From the NCBI RefSeq assembly GCF_000143415.4, contig NW_003314278.1, forward strand, positions 1,149,951-1,195,908: 45,958 nucleotides of DNA. Direction: 5' to 3'. The DNA is from Selaginella moellendorffii. Lineage: Eukaryota; Plantae; Lycopodiophyta. A program made the translations under genes and the position numbers. Shown here piece after piece: positions 20,601 through 33,231 of this stretch (positions are counted from its first letter, which is position 1; each line of letters starts with the position of its first letter). A model generated the notes under the pieces. The model had not been told where the DNA came from. It saw only the letters and a list, made by a program, of their open reading frames with translations, and ran no database searches.

Positions 20601-23600
20601 TGTTATAACATAGAACGAAAAGTCAATGATCTAATCTTCCTAGACTAAATTAAATTTCTTAAGGTTCCTCACCACCCAACCACCCCTGAGCTACCTCAAA
20701 ATTGTGAGCCCTAGGGTAAGTTAAGTTCTTTACCCTAACATACCTTCATAAACCCTTGAGCCTCCCTTTGACCAATATTGACCATGTGGTCAAAATTGGC
20801 ATTTAACAATTCTTCCCCCCAACAAAGTCCTTATCCCAAAGACAAGTTATACCAGTGATCACCCTTGATGGGGAACCTTGCTCAAGCTCCTGAGCTATAC
20901 ATTAAAGAGGCATTGGGCTTGTCACTTTGAGATAAAACACCTTTCAATTAGCTACATAAAATATTAGATGAATTTTCACCCCAGCTGCTAGCCACACTCA
21001 ATAAACCACCTTACCGACGTGCTCCAACACTTCATATAGACTAGCATACTAATGAAAAAGTTTATCACTCTTCCCATTCCACAAAGGCACTAAAGTGTTC
21101 TGCTGCTCACTTGACAAAAAGATCATTCACACAAAGACAAGGTCACCCATCTTATATTCCCGGAATTGGCGATGCTTATTAACAAACTTCTCTGCTCTAT
21201 TCTAAACTACTTGCAAATTTTGTTTGCACACCACCAGAATCTCATCAAGTTCTGTGGATAGATTAGTCACCTTTGAATCAAGCTTTTCTTGAACATCCTT
21301 ACTCAAATGCAATTCCAACTCCACTGTTGTTTGAGGATGCCTTACAAACATGGCAAAGTAAGGACTTAACTTGGTTCCACTGTATTAGCTATTGTTGCAA
21401 ACAAATTGCACTAATGGAAGATATAGATCCTATTGTCCCTGCCTTTGACCAATGCTACAATGTAGCATATCCTCCACCACTTGATTCACACGCTCGGTTT
21501 GCTCATCCATCTAAGGATGATCTCCACTCGAGAGTTTTAGAGTCACTTGCATAACCTTTGCAAAGCTTTTCCAAAATCCACTAGTGAACTTTGAATCTCG
21601 ATTGCTGACGATGTCCTCCGGTAAACCAAAATCAGGAAAGACCTTCTCCATGTAGACCGCAGCCAAGTCTAAGGCAGTGACACTCTTCTAAAGAGCCAAC
21701 AACCACACATACTTCGTTAAGCAATCCATTATGACCCATACTTGCTCTTTTTGCTTCTGTGTTTGTGGTAAACAAATGATGAAGTCCATAAAGATACTAC
21801 ACCAACAACTTTGAGGAATAGGTAAAAGTTGCAAAAGTCCCCCTAGCTTCTCCCATGGCACCTTTACCTGCTGATAGAGCTCACATGATTTATAGTACTC
21901 AAGGATATCAGCTTTCATATTCCTCCAATAGAAATTGTGTTTAATCAACTCATGTGTCTTCTTCCCCCCCAAAATGACTAGCCTCTAGACGATCATGATA
22001 GTGAAATAAAACCTAAGTTAACACATCCATCTGTGGCAAATACATATGGCCATTATAATAAAGAATGCCATCTACCAATGAGAACACTCAACCAATTGCC
22101 CAAACTCACTAACTACTTTACTCAAATGATGACAAAACCATGTTTATAACACCATTACATGGCAAACACAAGATAAAACATCTGCCACTATATTCGATTT
22201 TCCTGGATGATGCTCAATAGAAAACTCCCCAAACTCTATGAGTTTGACCATTCAATGAGCTTGCCTAGTGTTCAACTCCTTCTATGTGAAAAGATATACA
22301 AGAGGTTTGTGATCCATCAACACCGTGAACACTGCACTATAAAGATAGTGCTGCCACATCCGCAAAGCATGAACAATGAAGAGTAACTTTTGCTCATATG
22401 TGGAATAACATTACTTCGCAGGATTCAAAGTTTAACTCTCACATGCAATAAGCTGTCCCTTTTGCATGAGAACTCCTCCCAATGCATAACCACTCGCATC
22501 ACATGTCACCTCATAAGGTTTTGATGGATCAGCAATGCGAAGTGCTGGAGCCTCGCTTAACAAATGTTTCAATGCCACAAAACTATCCTCATGTGGCTTT
22601 TTTCACTCGAATGGCATGTTCTTGTGCAACAATTGTGTCAAAGAAATAGCCATCTCTACAAACTTATGTTGAAAATGTCAGTAATAACTAGCCATACCAA
22701 GGAAACTGCATAACTCAACCACTAAAGTCAGTGTAGGCCAGTTCTCCACCATAGCCACCTTCCTTGGATCCGTCTTGACACCCTTGGATGTCATAATATG
22801 GCCTAGATATTTCATCTTCGACTTTGCAAATTCACATTTGCTCTTCTTCACATAAAGTTTGTTGTCATGGAGTAACAAAAGAACCTTGCACAAATGCACT
22901 TTATGCTCCTCCATATTTTTGCTGAAAACAAGAATATCATCCAAGAAAATCTCCACAAACTCATAAAAATAATGCCTAAAGACCTCTGTCATCAACCGAG
23001 TAAATGTGGCTGGTGCATTCATCAAACCAAACGGCATAACCATAAACTCAAAATGCTTGAAATTTATGTTGAATGCCATCTTAGAGATAGATGCATCATC
23101 CATTGCAATCTGATGATACCAAACTTGTCTAAGATATTATCCACATGCGGCATTGGCATCTTGTCCTTCATGGTCTTTTTGTTCAAGGCACGGTAATCAA
23201 TACATATCCTCATTGAACTGTCCTTCTTCTTCACAAGCAAAACCGGAGCACCAAACAAAGACTTACTTGGTTGAATAAATGCAAACTCAAGTAACTTCTT
23301 GACTTGTTGTTAAACTTTTTGCTCTTCAGCATAACTCAATTGAAATAGACACTAGTAAATTGGCCGTGTCCCTGGCTCCAACATAATCCCATGCTCCACA
23401 CTTCGTAATAGAGGCAATCCATGAGGAAGTTTAAAGGGAAAAACATCAGAGAACTCTTCGAGTATAGTCCGCATACTGCACACGTGACTTAGTCCCCCAA
23501 GTCATGAACAAACAATAAGTAACTTAAAAGTGTTTTTCCATTACGATAAGCCCGCTTCAAAGATGTAGTAGAGAGCATAACAACTAGAGGTTGAACTACC

Positions 23601-25264
23601 TCTCCAAACCACACATCTTTAATGCCACCATACTCTAACGAGACACATTTAATACTCCACTTTATCTCTAGATCCACCTTCACCAACCATGGCATCTCCA
23701 CACGATGAAGATCCGTGAGATAAAAAGTTTCCACAAGTGTGGTTTTGCCAACCAACACTTCTAACCTTTCTACACAAGTATCGAAATGCTAAGTAGAGGT
23801 AATTGCACCTTCCACCATGTATGGAAGAACTCCTCGTGTCACTAGGCTAGGTTCCTCAACAAACTTTGTAGAAACAAAGTTGTCATCGCTCCCACTGTCC
23901 AGTAAAATCCACATTAGACTGCCACAGAACATGCCCTCTAGCATTAAAGTTGATGCACAAGTGTCCTTGACCTTGTTCCACACATAGTTAAGTTGACAAG
24001 TAACAATTGAAAGCCTCTTCTTCCAACCGGAATTGTCGTCCCTGTCATCCTTGCGTTGCAAAGTTTACAACTTCTTAGTATTTGACTTACCGTTAGTAAA
24101 ATATTGGCCATTCTTGTTGCCATGTTATTTGCTCTTCATTGTGGACAATCAACCTTGTAATATCCCAGCTTGCCACAATGATGATAACCTTGTCTATAAT
24201 TCTTCACAAAGAATTTCTGCTTCTTTGACCCCTATGTACCCAAAGTAGCCACCATAGACTTCAGCTTGTGATGTTTATTCCCATCCTTGTGTCCACAATG
24301 ATCATCACGACAATTCTCAACATAAGGACTCCTCGAACGTTTGTGAGACTTATACTTGTTATTGTCAAGTCGACAAACAGCATCAAAGAGCTCCTCCAAA
24401 CTCTTTGTAGGCTAAGAATGATGCAAATGTTGCCGCATGCTCTCACTATGAAGGCCATCAATGAAGTAAGACTTGTTCTGATCTGGATCCTTCGTGGGAA
24501 CATGACTAATCAAACGAGTCAGCTTCTCAATATAGTCCTCAAGTTTCATTTTCCCTTGCTGAAAATGTCAAAGTTTAGTGTGAGCATTTTCCACGTCATA
24601 ATGAAGGGCAAAACATAAATGGAAAGCAACCTCAAACTTATCTATCATAGATATTAATGGTTTTTTATCCACAACACAAAACTCCTCAAGCCAATTCCAC
24701 CACCGAAAACCCACATCACACAAAACCATTGGAATAGCCATTAAAGCCTTTGCATCCGAATTTCCTCTAACAGCCAAAAACTTCTTCACATTGGCTAGCC
24801 AAGCTAAACACTCATCCACACCACCATCACCAGAAAAGGTTGGAATTTTGAGTCGATCTACCAAAGAAAACTTACTTGGAGTGCCACCATCGAGTGCCTC
24901 AACACGCTCACACAAGGTACTCATCATGCCATACATCTTGTCTTGCATCTCTTGCTAATTTTTATTAAGGGCTTGCACATCTTCCATGGTCCAAACCTCC
25001 GTAGCTCCGTCGGCACCACCATCGACAATAGGATTCTAGCATCCAACATGGTCGGCTATCACAATTAACACCCCTAATACCAATGTTATGACCTGGCATG
25101 AAAAATCAACAATCTAGTCTTCCTAAACTAAACTATGCCCCCTCTTGAACCCAACCACCCCCAAGCTACCTCAAAAGCTCCTTTGTGCTGTCACTCTTAA
25201 ATTCTTTACCCTAACATGCCCCTTTGACCGATGTTAACCATGTGGTCAAAGCTGGCACCTAACA
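20601..25264 (-). mobile_element. Element C: old full-length Ty3/Gypsy with short diverged LTRs and 5-bp TSD AATTG
   Basis: LTRs 20601-20808 and 25084-25264 (TG...CA); AATTG at 20596-20600 and 25265-25269; degenerate PBS next to 25084; PPT next to 20808; gag, protease [22 protein letters not shown] and INT MDFI fragments. Confidence 0.93.
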
Positions 25265-25329
25265 AATTGCCACACTTTGTTGTAATATATCCCCAACATT
25301 AGCACTCAAAACATTGAGGTCTTCTACCA

Positions 25330-27660
25330 TACCTTTGATCTGCATCCCCAAACACAAGCATGCTTACTATAGTAGTTTCCATGATCATTATAACCACCTA
25401 AAGTAATTGCTATTTGCTCTTTAAATGCTTCCCTAGGTTGAGATAAGCCATCCATATGTTCATCTTTTCCATTTCTTCTCGATAAATTATCTTTTCCAAT
25501 GCCCTATAAAAAAGAGCTTGGATCGTAACACCTCAAGAAAAATAGAATCAAATGCGAGTAGAGTGTTACCTTTCAGCCACTGCTCACTCCTTGTCCAGGT
25601 CCGCAAGACACAACCAATAAGCCATGCATTTGATTCACATGTAGCTACTATTTGGTGACGCTGCTACAAGCCTTTCAAAGTCGTCCTTGGTCTCTGGAGG
25701 CTGGTCCATCTGTAATAACTTCTCTTTTGCTGCAGCCTCCCTGTTGAGAAGCAGGACATGAGAAGAGTAAATATAAACAAGAAGTAACTCTGCTCTTTCA
25801 AGTCAATTGGCACTGTATCCTCAACGTCTTTGTTGAGAGTGGATCGACATGCACAGCTGTGGGAATCGTTTTGATGCCAGATCCAAGTAGTCCTCCTCCT
25901 CCCTCTCATCATTATTCATGAGCACATTTGTGTTCGAAGGCTCTTCATTTATAGCTTCTTCCTCCATCGGCTCGATGCCATCCTCAGGGGTCAGATATGA
26001 CGCTTTCATTCCAAGAGATATACGTTTGGTTTCCGCATCAACCTGTAGAGCGAAATCATGTGGTTTTACTAAAGCTTTCGTTCTCACCTTTAGAATCTTT
26101 ACTTGAACCCATTGGCCGACTTTGTAAAGTGTTGACAAGTCTTGAATAAAATCGTAAGATACTTCAGAGACATGACAGAAGCAACCTGGAGCACAGACTA
26201 AGAACTTGAAACCAAGATAGAGAGAGAGCTTGCCACCTCACTCTCGGCAAGGGTGATGAAGATCCCAAATGCTTCAATGTTGTGTATGCGCACTAACGAT
26301 CTCTCCAGCACCAAACTTCTTCCAGCCACTTGAATCTTGTGATGTTGTTGCCGTCAAAGACATTTCAATGTGCCCAGACAATGGCTCGATGCTTAAAATT
26401 CTGACGAAGAAGAACATATCAGCAAACACTTCCATACGGAGAAAAGTTCATACCTTCCTGATATCACCTTGCCTGGTGGAAACATTTCTGCAGGGTTTTG
26501 TACAAACGAGTTCGATAGGTTCTTCAGTTGAATTCTAGCTTCAAGTGAAGGTGCCAGGACCACAAAACAACCTTTCTCCGTCACATTCTTGACAAAACCC
26601 TGCAACACAAAAACAAGTCACGTCCACAGCATGCAAGGTTTCTGCTTACTTGCACTTCATATCTTGCTTAAGTTCCAATACGGAATTGACAATACGAGCA
26701 TTGGATGCAGAGTCAAAAAAATTTAATGCAAATCTCGGAAGTTACCTTTCAAGTGTTTGATAGCTCGGAAGGGACTCAAAACCACCACGTCCACCAACTT
26801 ACTGAAAGTTCCAAGCCCATCTTTCCCCTCCCTGGTCGTTTTAAATCCAAGACCTTACGAACTGTCCCTCTGTAAATAAACTGGCTGGGTCATCAATCCA
26901 TGTATCGTTACATGAACTCTTCCGAAACTTTCCCATCTGCCTTGCACAGTATGTCTGCCAACACCAGCAAAAAATCGTGTCATTCGTCGGCCTAACAGGT
27001 CGCCTTTCTTGAATTGTTCGTCACTTGTTTTCGGGTGTAGAGACAAATCCACTTGCTTCCTTTCGTGGTTAACACTTCTTATATGGCACTGGAACGGGTC
27101 ACCGACTTTGAAGCGCTCTTTAAAACGTTCAAGCTCTGAGGGATCGTCAGACGTGTCCAGTATAAAAAGGCAGCCTTTAAGATGGGGTGAAAGGACTAGC
27201 CATGCCCAGTTGTCCTTTACTTCTTGAACGTATCTGATAACCGACTGTTCAATGATTACGGTCTCGAAAGTAATCACTGAGCATGCAGCATCGTTTCCTG
27301 CAAGTCATGATATTCAAAGGGCCACCATACAGACCTGCAAGCTCAGATGGACGTAGAGATAAATCCAAAATGCCAGCATTTCTGTGCTTTCTGCTGGTTT
27401 TGCGTTTTGAAAGGATTTTAGCTCGAACAGTCTGCCCAACACTGTATTTTCTCAATGGGTTCTCTTCTTCATAATGACGAAGACATTTGAGGAGTTAAAA
27501 GACAGACTGGAAAACAGAAACGAACCTCTGTAATGTGCACATTCCCCACGAAAGGAGCACTGGCTGTCCATGGGACAGGGCTTGTCTGCCAGTCCTAGAA
27601 CTATTGAGTGTTGCAGCCTCCATGAGGCGATTTCTTGGGTCCTGTGCAGTATGAGAAAGA
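25330..27660 (-). pseudogene. RRP5: RRP5 (S1-repeat + HAT rRNA biogenesis protein) 3' fragment with introns
   Basis: S1 motifs QGFVKNVTEKGCFVVL, YKVGQWVQVKILKV...KRISLGMK and FKVGD; HAT motif RALEKIIYREEMEKMNIWMAYLNL near 25435-25505; frameshifts. Confidence 0.85.
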
Positions 27661-27690
27661 AGTGACGATTCACAGAAGAATTCTAGAAAC

Positions 27691-28120
27691 ATGGAGCTCA
27701 ATCTTGGAAATGTGATCATGAGCATTGCAGGAAGTTTTGAGCAAGAGGACCTTGGTCTCTTGGAATGCAATGATCACTGCAAATGCCTAGAATGGTGTCT
27801 TTTGAAAGTGCTTAAGCTGTTGGATTTCATTCCGGCACCTTTTGTGAATGCATTGATCACCACCCATGGCAGATCAAGGATCCTAGCTCAAGCAAGAAAC
27901 ATGTTTGATCAAATCTTGTGCAAAACTGTGAGCTCCTGATCACCCATGATCTAACTGTAAGCCCAGTAAGGACAATCCAGCAAAACCTTATTAAATCTTT
28001 GCAGAACTTACCTTTATCAGTGTCTTAGCCACTCCAGCCTAACAAGCAAGATCCAGGAGAACTTTTGTATCAATCACTACAGCCACTTGATTATATTGTT
28101 GCCCATTGCATGGAGAATAA
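27691..28120 (+). pseudogene. Decayed PPR fragment
   Basis: FVNALITTHGRSRILAQARNMFDQILCKTVSS resembles a PLS S-motif; many stops. Confidence 0.55.
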
Positions 28121-28539
28121 GCTCAAACTTCTTCTATCACTGTGATACTCTACTATGAGGAGCAAGTAAAAAGTTCCTTGTTTTCTGTTTATGGACATGC
28201 TATAAAGACAAACACATCAGACTACTCAAAAAAAGTGAACTTTTTGACTAGTTCTTAAAGGAAAGTTTGCAAGATTTTAAGAGTGTAGGACTTCTTCCTT
28301 ATATTCTTCACTATTTGCTTTAAGCTTGCTATAGGAAGAATAAAATTGATAAAAAAAAACATTAGTTGAACTCTTTGAGAGATAAACAAGAAGTACATAT
28401 GAATAAAAAAATGTATTAAAATGAGTACATCATATAAATTTTTTATTTATGTAAAAATTGAAATATCAAAGCAAACCAGAAAATTATATCTATTTGAGTT
28501 CGGTTAGGTTAGTTAGTGTAGATGGTATTGTGTATAATG

Positions 28540-28935
28540 CCCAACTCTCCACCTAGCAACTCTTATTTTCCTCTAGTGCCCAACTCCTCTAGTGGCTCTT
28601 ACTTTCCTCCAATGCAACATATCTCCTCCCTCCAACACTCTTCCTGTAGCAACTCTCCTCCATGTCCTCTAGTGCTCCTCCTGCAACAACTCTCTTCCAC
28701 ATTGTACTTTTGCCAATCCTACTCTTGGATTTTTCAGTTTTTTTTTTATTTTCATCAAATCATTCTTTCTCACTCTTTAGCTCCTCCAAAACCCCTTGTG
28801 CATTGAGTCTCTTCCAGCTCCTCCACCACTCCTCCTATAACAGCTCTCCAGCTCCTCCAGCACTTCTCCTGCAACAGCTCTCCTCCAACTCCTCTAGCAC
28901 TCCTCCTACAACAGCTCTCCTCTAGCTCCTCTAGT
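28540..28935 (+). repeat. C/T-rich degenerate tandem / low-complexity tract
   Basis: Recurrent CAACTCTCC, CTCCTC and CAGCTC units. Confidence 0.7.
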
Positions 28936-29479
28936 AGATGGCTATGCCACGGCTAAGGCCAGCCAAGGTAGTGCTAGCCATGGCCGAGACCTTGTGCCAC
29001 CATGGCTGTGCTTGCTATGGGCCATTGGTGGTGTAACTTTGGCACTAGCTGTATGGTTATAGATACCACAGCCAAGGACAACATCATTGGCAATCAAGGT
29101 TGCCAGTGGTTGTGGTAAGCTTGGCAAAACATTATCTTTTATGTTGAGAAAGGACAAATTCGCACATTTATTTAGTGAAAAAAAACTTAAGCGACCCACT
29201 TTAAAAATTAAGAAAGTTGGGTTTGCACATTGAAAAAATTTGTGTTGCAAAGTAAACTTATAAGGACTTTTGCATTTGCACATGTCTTAGATTTAAGTGG
29301 TAAAACACCCTCAGATTCGCACTTAAAAACAATGCATTCGAACACTTAAAATTCACTTAATTCAAATTTTAAAATTTCAAATTCAAATTCAAATGTTTAG
29401 AATTATATCCCGGCAAATTTGAAAGCAAACACGAACGCCACTGGCAAAGACAGAGGGAAAACGTGAGGTTCTCTCTAAC

Positions 29480-30732
29480 CTCTTTCGCATCCTCTGGACT
29501 GTGCAACTCCTCACAAGGCTCCCCTTCTGCTTGCTCGGGATCACCATAATCGACAAAGAGGTCCTGGTCCTTGAGCCTTTTCACCTCTTTCCTCCAAGCT
29601 TGGATCTCCACCCAAAGATCAGTCTCCCCAACATCAATCAAGAACAACTCTTGATGATGTTGGGAAGGTACTTTGGCTGGATCCTTTGTTTTTGATCCAA
29701 GCATCTGAACTTCATTTTAAGAAGTCCAAATGCTTGCTCAATAACAATCCGAGCAAGGTGGTGATGAAGGTTGAAAGCTGCCTTGGATGGTCTCAGGTTC
29801 GGAGCTGAGCAACAACCAAAACAAGTGAACAAAAGAAAGTAGAATGAAGAAGATTTACTTGTGTGTGGAATCATCAGATGCTGCTGGAGTTGGTACCCTT
29901 TGTCCCCCACTAAGTATGGCTTGATCCTATCATCATATGCTAACACCGCAGGCAATGTCAGCAGCTTTTTGCTTTCAGGATGCATCCATGACATGAGGGT
30001 TTTTCATAATTCAACCCTCAGGAACAAAATTGTAGCAACACACAAAGAAACATACCTGGCCACCCAGCGTAGACACTGAGGAACCTCTTCTGGGCATCAC
30101 AAACCCCTTACAAGATGACCGAGTACCGCTGCTTCCAGTCGTAGTAGCTCTCGCCGTCCAGTCTAGTAGTCAATCGCCCCAGCAACATTAGGCAGTCGGG
30201 TTCCTATTGCTCATCAAAACTTATAACAATCCAAAAAACATAAGAAAATGTACCTGTCACTTGTCGAAAGCCAGCAGTAACAGCTCGAACCTCCTTGGCC
30301 GTTGAAGGAAAATGAATCTTGTACCTGAGACACTTGACAATCGCCGCAGTAGTGTCCATGACAATCTCATGAGCTGTGGACTCCCCGATGCCGAACTTGT
30401 CCGCCAGATCCAAGTAATCTGTGTTCTTGAAAAGCTTGTACAAAGTCACCCCCAGTCGAACATCCACCGGCACCGCACTCCTCCAACCGGTATCTTGCTT
30501 CTGGATCTCGCTCTCCAGCATGCCACAAATGGTGAAGAAGGTCCTCTTCTCCATCTGAAGTTTCCTCTACATCGTAATACTCCAAAGAAAACTTACTCCA
30601 GGTGGTGACATGTTGAGGCTTCACCCACCACAGGCCGATGCAAAACCTCCTCCCAATCACAGCCCGACGAACCTCAAGTTCACGGTCTTCTTCCTCAGGC
30701 AGCACTTGGCTCTTGTCATCCGCAATATGCAT
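29480..30732 (-). mobile_element. PIF/Harbinger (HARBI1-like) transposase pseudogene with introns
   Basis: DLADKFGIGESTAH HTH, GAID followed by a deletion/stop, YLVGDKGY, ARIVIEQAFGLLKMKFRCL. Confidence 0.9.
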
Positions 30733-31286
30733 TTAAACCCTAAAGCAAAAGGGTGAAAGATGAGATTCCAGCGCTGTGTCTTCGTCATGAGAACATGCTA
30801 GCTGCTCCTCCCCCTCCCCACAATCTTTAGGAGATGTTTTTCCAGATCAATCAGGAGCATGGTCTCAGCAATAGAAGAACTAAATTGCTTTCTTCTTCTC
30901 TCTCACCTTTTTTGCTTTTCTCTCTTTTTCTTTTGTGCATAATCATTAATGAGTTTGGTTCCAGTTCTTTCCCTGGATTCTCTTCGCCTGGCAGGTTTTC
31001 ATACTAAGGCTTATTATCTGAATCTGGGCACTCTGTTCTGGGGCATCTGTTGGCAGGTTTAGTGAGCATTCCCCGATTCTGCTACCAAAAAGAAATTTAA
31101 ATTTAAGACAACGTGTCATCCTCCTTTTGCATAGTTTTAACTTTTAAATGTTAATTTTTTCTCCGTGAAGTTCAGGTTGACGGCGGTACTTTGACGAGGC
31201 ATGCTCACTCAGCGGCCCATGTTTCTGCTTAACTCACGGAGGGTTTAAAACCAGGGATAACTGCAAGAAAGAGCACTGACATGTTT

Positions 31287-33231
31287 TCAAAAGTAGTTGT
31301 CACAGGAACATCTGCCATCCTGGAACACATGAACCCGACTGGCATCTTTGCAGATGATTAGCCTTTTTTCCAGCTTAGAGATGAGAGCAGTGGCTGCATG
31401 GCAATCGTCACAAACTCGGAGATTTTTCACAATTCTGATGGTCTCCTTCTGGTGCGAGTTCACCAGAGCACACCCCAGCGCAAGCTTCTCACTGTGGCCG
31501 CACAGGTGATCCTCTTTCTCTTCCTCGGGTATGTCTTTTAGAACGTTGATCACATCACTCGCGTACCCCTCCTCTTTCATTCTCAGCAACAATTGCTTGA
31601 GCTTGGCCGCAATCTCGTCGCTCTGTGAGTGACTCCTATCCCCGACAAGTTTTCCTGAGCTAACATCCGTCCACCAGCTTCTCCCGGGCTCCCTGAAGCT
31701 GCCTTCACCTCTCATTCTCTCCACAACAGCGGCCCTTTCACTGAGCATCCCCAGGTTTCCAAATATATTGGCCATCAATGCGTAGGGCGTGCTGCTCTTG
31801 GGATCCATCTCCACAAGACACTCAAACGCGAGTTTGCCGATCGTGTAATTCTTCCACTTCCGGCAGGCTCCGAGCAGGGATTTCCAAACCACTGCATCCA
31901 GTTCAAAAGGCATGGCTCTGAGAACTCTCACAGCTTCGTCGAGGAGGTTAGCTCGCCCGAGCATATCGATCAGGCACACATAATGCACCAGACGTGGCTT
32001 GACTCCATACTGCTTGGGCATTTCATCCAGAAGCTGCCTTTTTTTCCCGACCAGACCATCATGGCTGCAAGCGTTCAACACCGAGACAAAACTCACATCG
32101 TCAGCTTTACAGCCCTCCTCCTGAGTCATGGAATAGAAACGCTCCAAGGCCTCGATCGATCGGCCCTGGAGAGTGTAAGCCTGTATAAGAGAGTTCCAGA
32201 GACCCGTGTTGTCCCGAGCTCGGCACTCGTCAAACGCTTCCTGAGCAGAATCAACATCACCGCATTTGCCATAGAAGCTCACCAGGCTGGAGCCCAGAAC
32301 TGGATTGTTTTTCAGCAGCCCCTCATGCTTCGCCAGCTGGTGAATCTCCCTCCCGAGCTTGATCGCCATCACACTCCCGCAAGCAACAAGGACGCAGGTG
32401 TAGGTGCAAGCATTAGCTTGAATGGTGTTATCAGCAAGTCGCCATGTACAGACCTAGATGTTTCTTCTCCTTGCTCAGTATTGAATGGACTTCCATCCCG
32501 ATGCGTAGAGCTCTCTCCCTCTTCTCGCTGGATTCGGTAGCAAGTGTGGAGCAGGCGCTGATCACCGCGACATGAGTCCGATCGTTGGGTTGAATGGTGG
32601 TACAAGCTCTCAGGGCAGAGTAGTACTCCAGAGCAAGTTCAGCTCGCCCGTTCGTGTTGCAGCCCTGGATGATCGCGGTGTAGGACACAACACTCCGAGT
32701 TCCCATGGAGTGGAAAATCTTGCGAGCCTCCTCAAGCTCGCCACACTTGCAGTACATGTCTACCAGGCAAGTCGCCACGAACAGATCTACCTGTTTCTTC
32801 TCCTTGCTCAGCATTGAATGGATCTCCATCCCGATGCGTAGAGCTCTCTCCCTCTTCTCGCTGGATGCGGTAGCAAGTCTGGAGCAGGCGCTGATCACCG
32901 CAACATGTGTCCGATCATTGGGTTGAATGGTGGTACAAGCTCTCAGGGCAGAGTAGTACTCCAGAGCAAGTTCAGCTTGCCCGTTCAAGCCGCAGCCCTG
33001 GATGATCGTGTTGTAGGACACAACACTCTGGGTTCCCATGGAGTGGAAAATCTTGCGAGCCTCCTCAAGCTCGCCACACTTGCAGTACATATCGATCAAT
33101 CCCGTCAACAAGTAGATGTTGCTTTTGTGCTCATCACTCTTGAGCACAGCTTCATAGGCTTGTTTTCCCAAAGAAAGGGATCTGCTCTCAGCTGAGTCTC
33201 TCACGCGGTGTATCAGCCTCCCTAAACTCAC
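31287..33231 (-). pseudogene. PLS-E-DYW PPR RNA-editing factor, frameshifted near 32435; the 3' ORF (361 aa) is open
   Basis: ACSHDGLV, E motifs, PG box, HSEKLA, KNLRVCDDCH, terminal CSCDNYF. Confidence 0.9.
32436..33100 (-). repeat. 333-bp (111-aa) tandem duplication of a PPR triplet
   Basis: CCATCCCGATGCGTAGAG at 32493 and 32826; near-identical peptide repeat. Confidence 0.9.

Noticed and set aside
31161-31241. Small inverted repeat CTCCGTGAAGTT...AACTCACGGAG (MITE or pre-miRNA?)
   Set aside because: Only ~11 bp of pairing, no TSD, and the interior does not fold extensively
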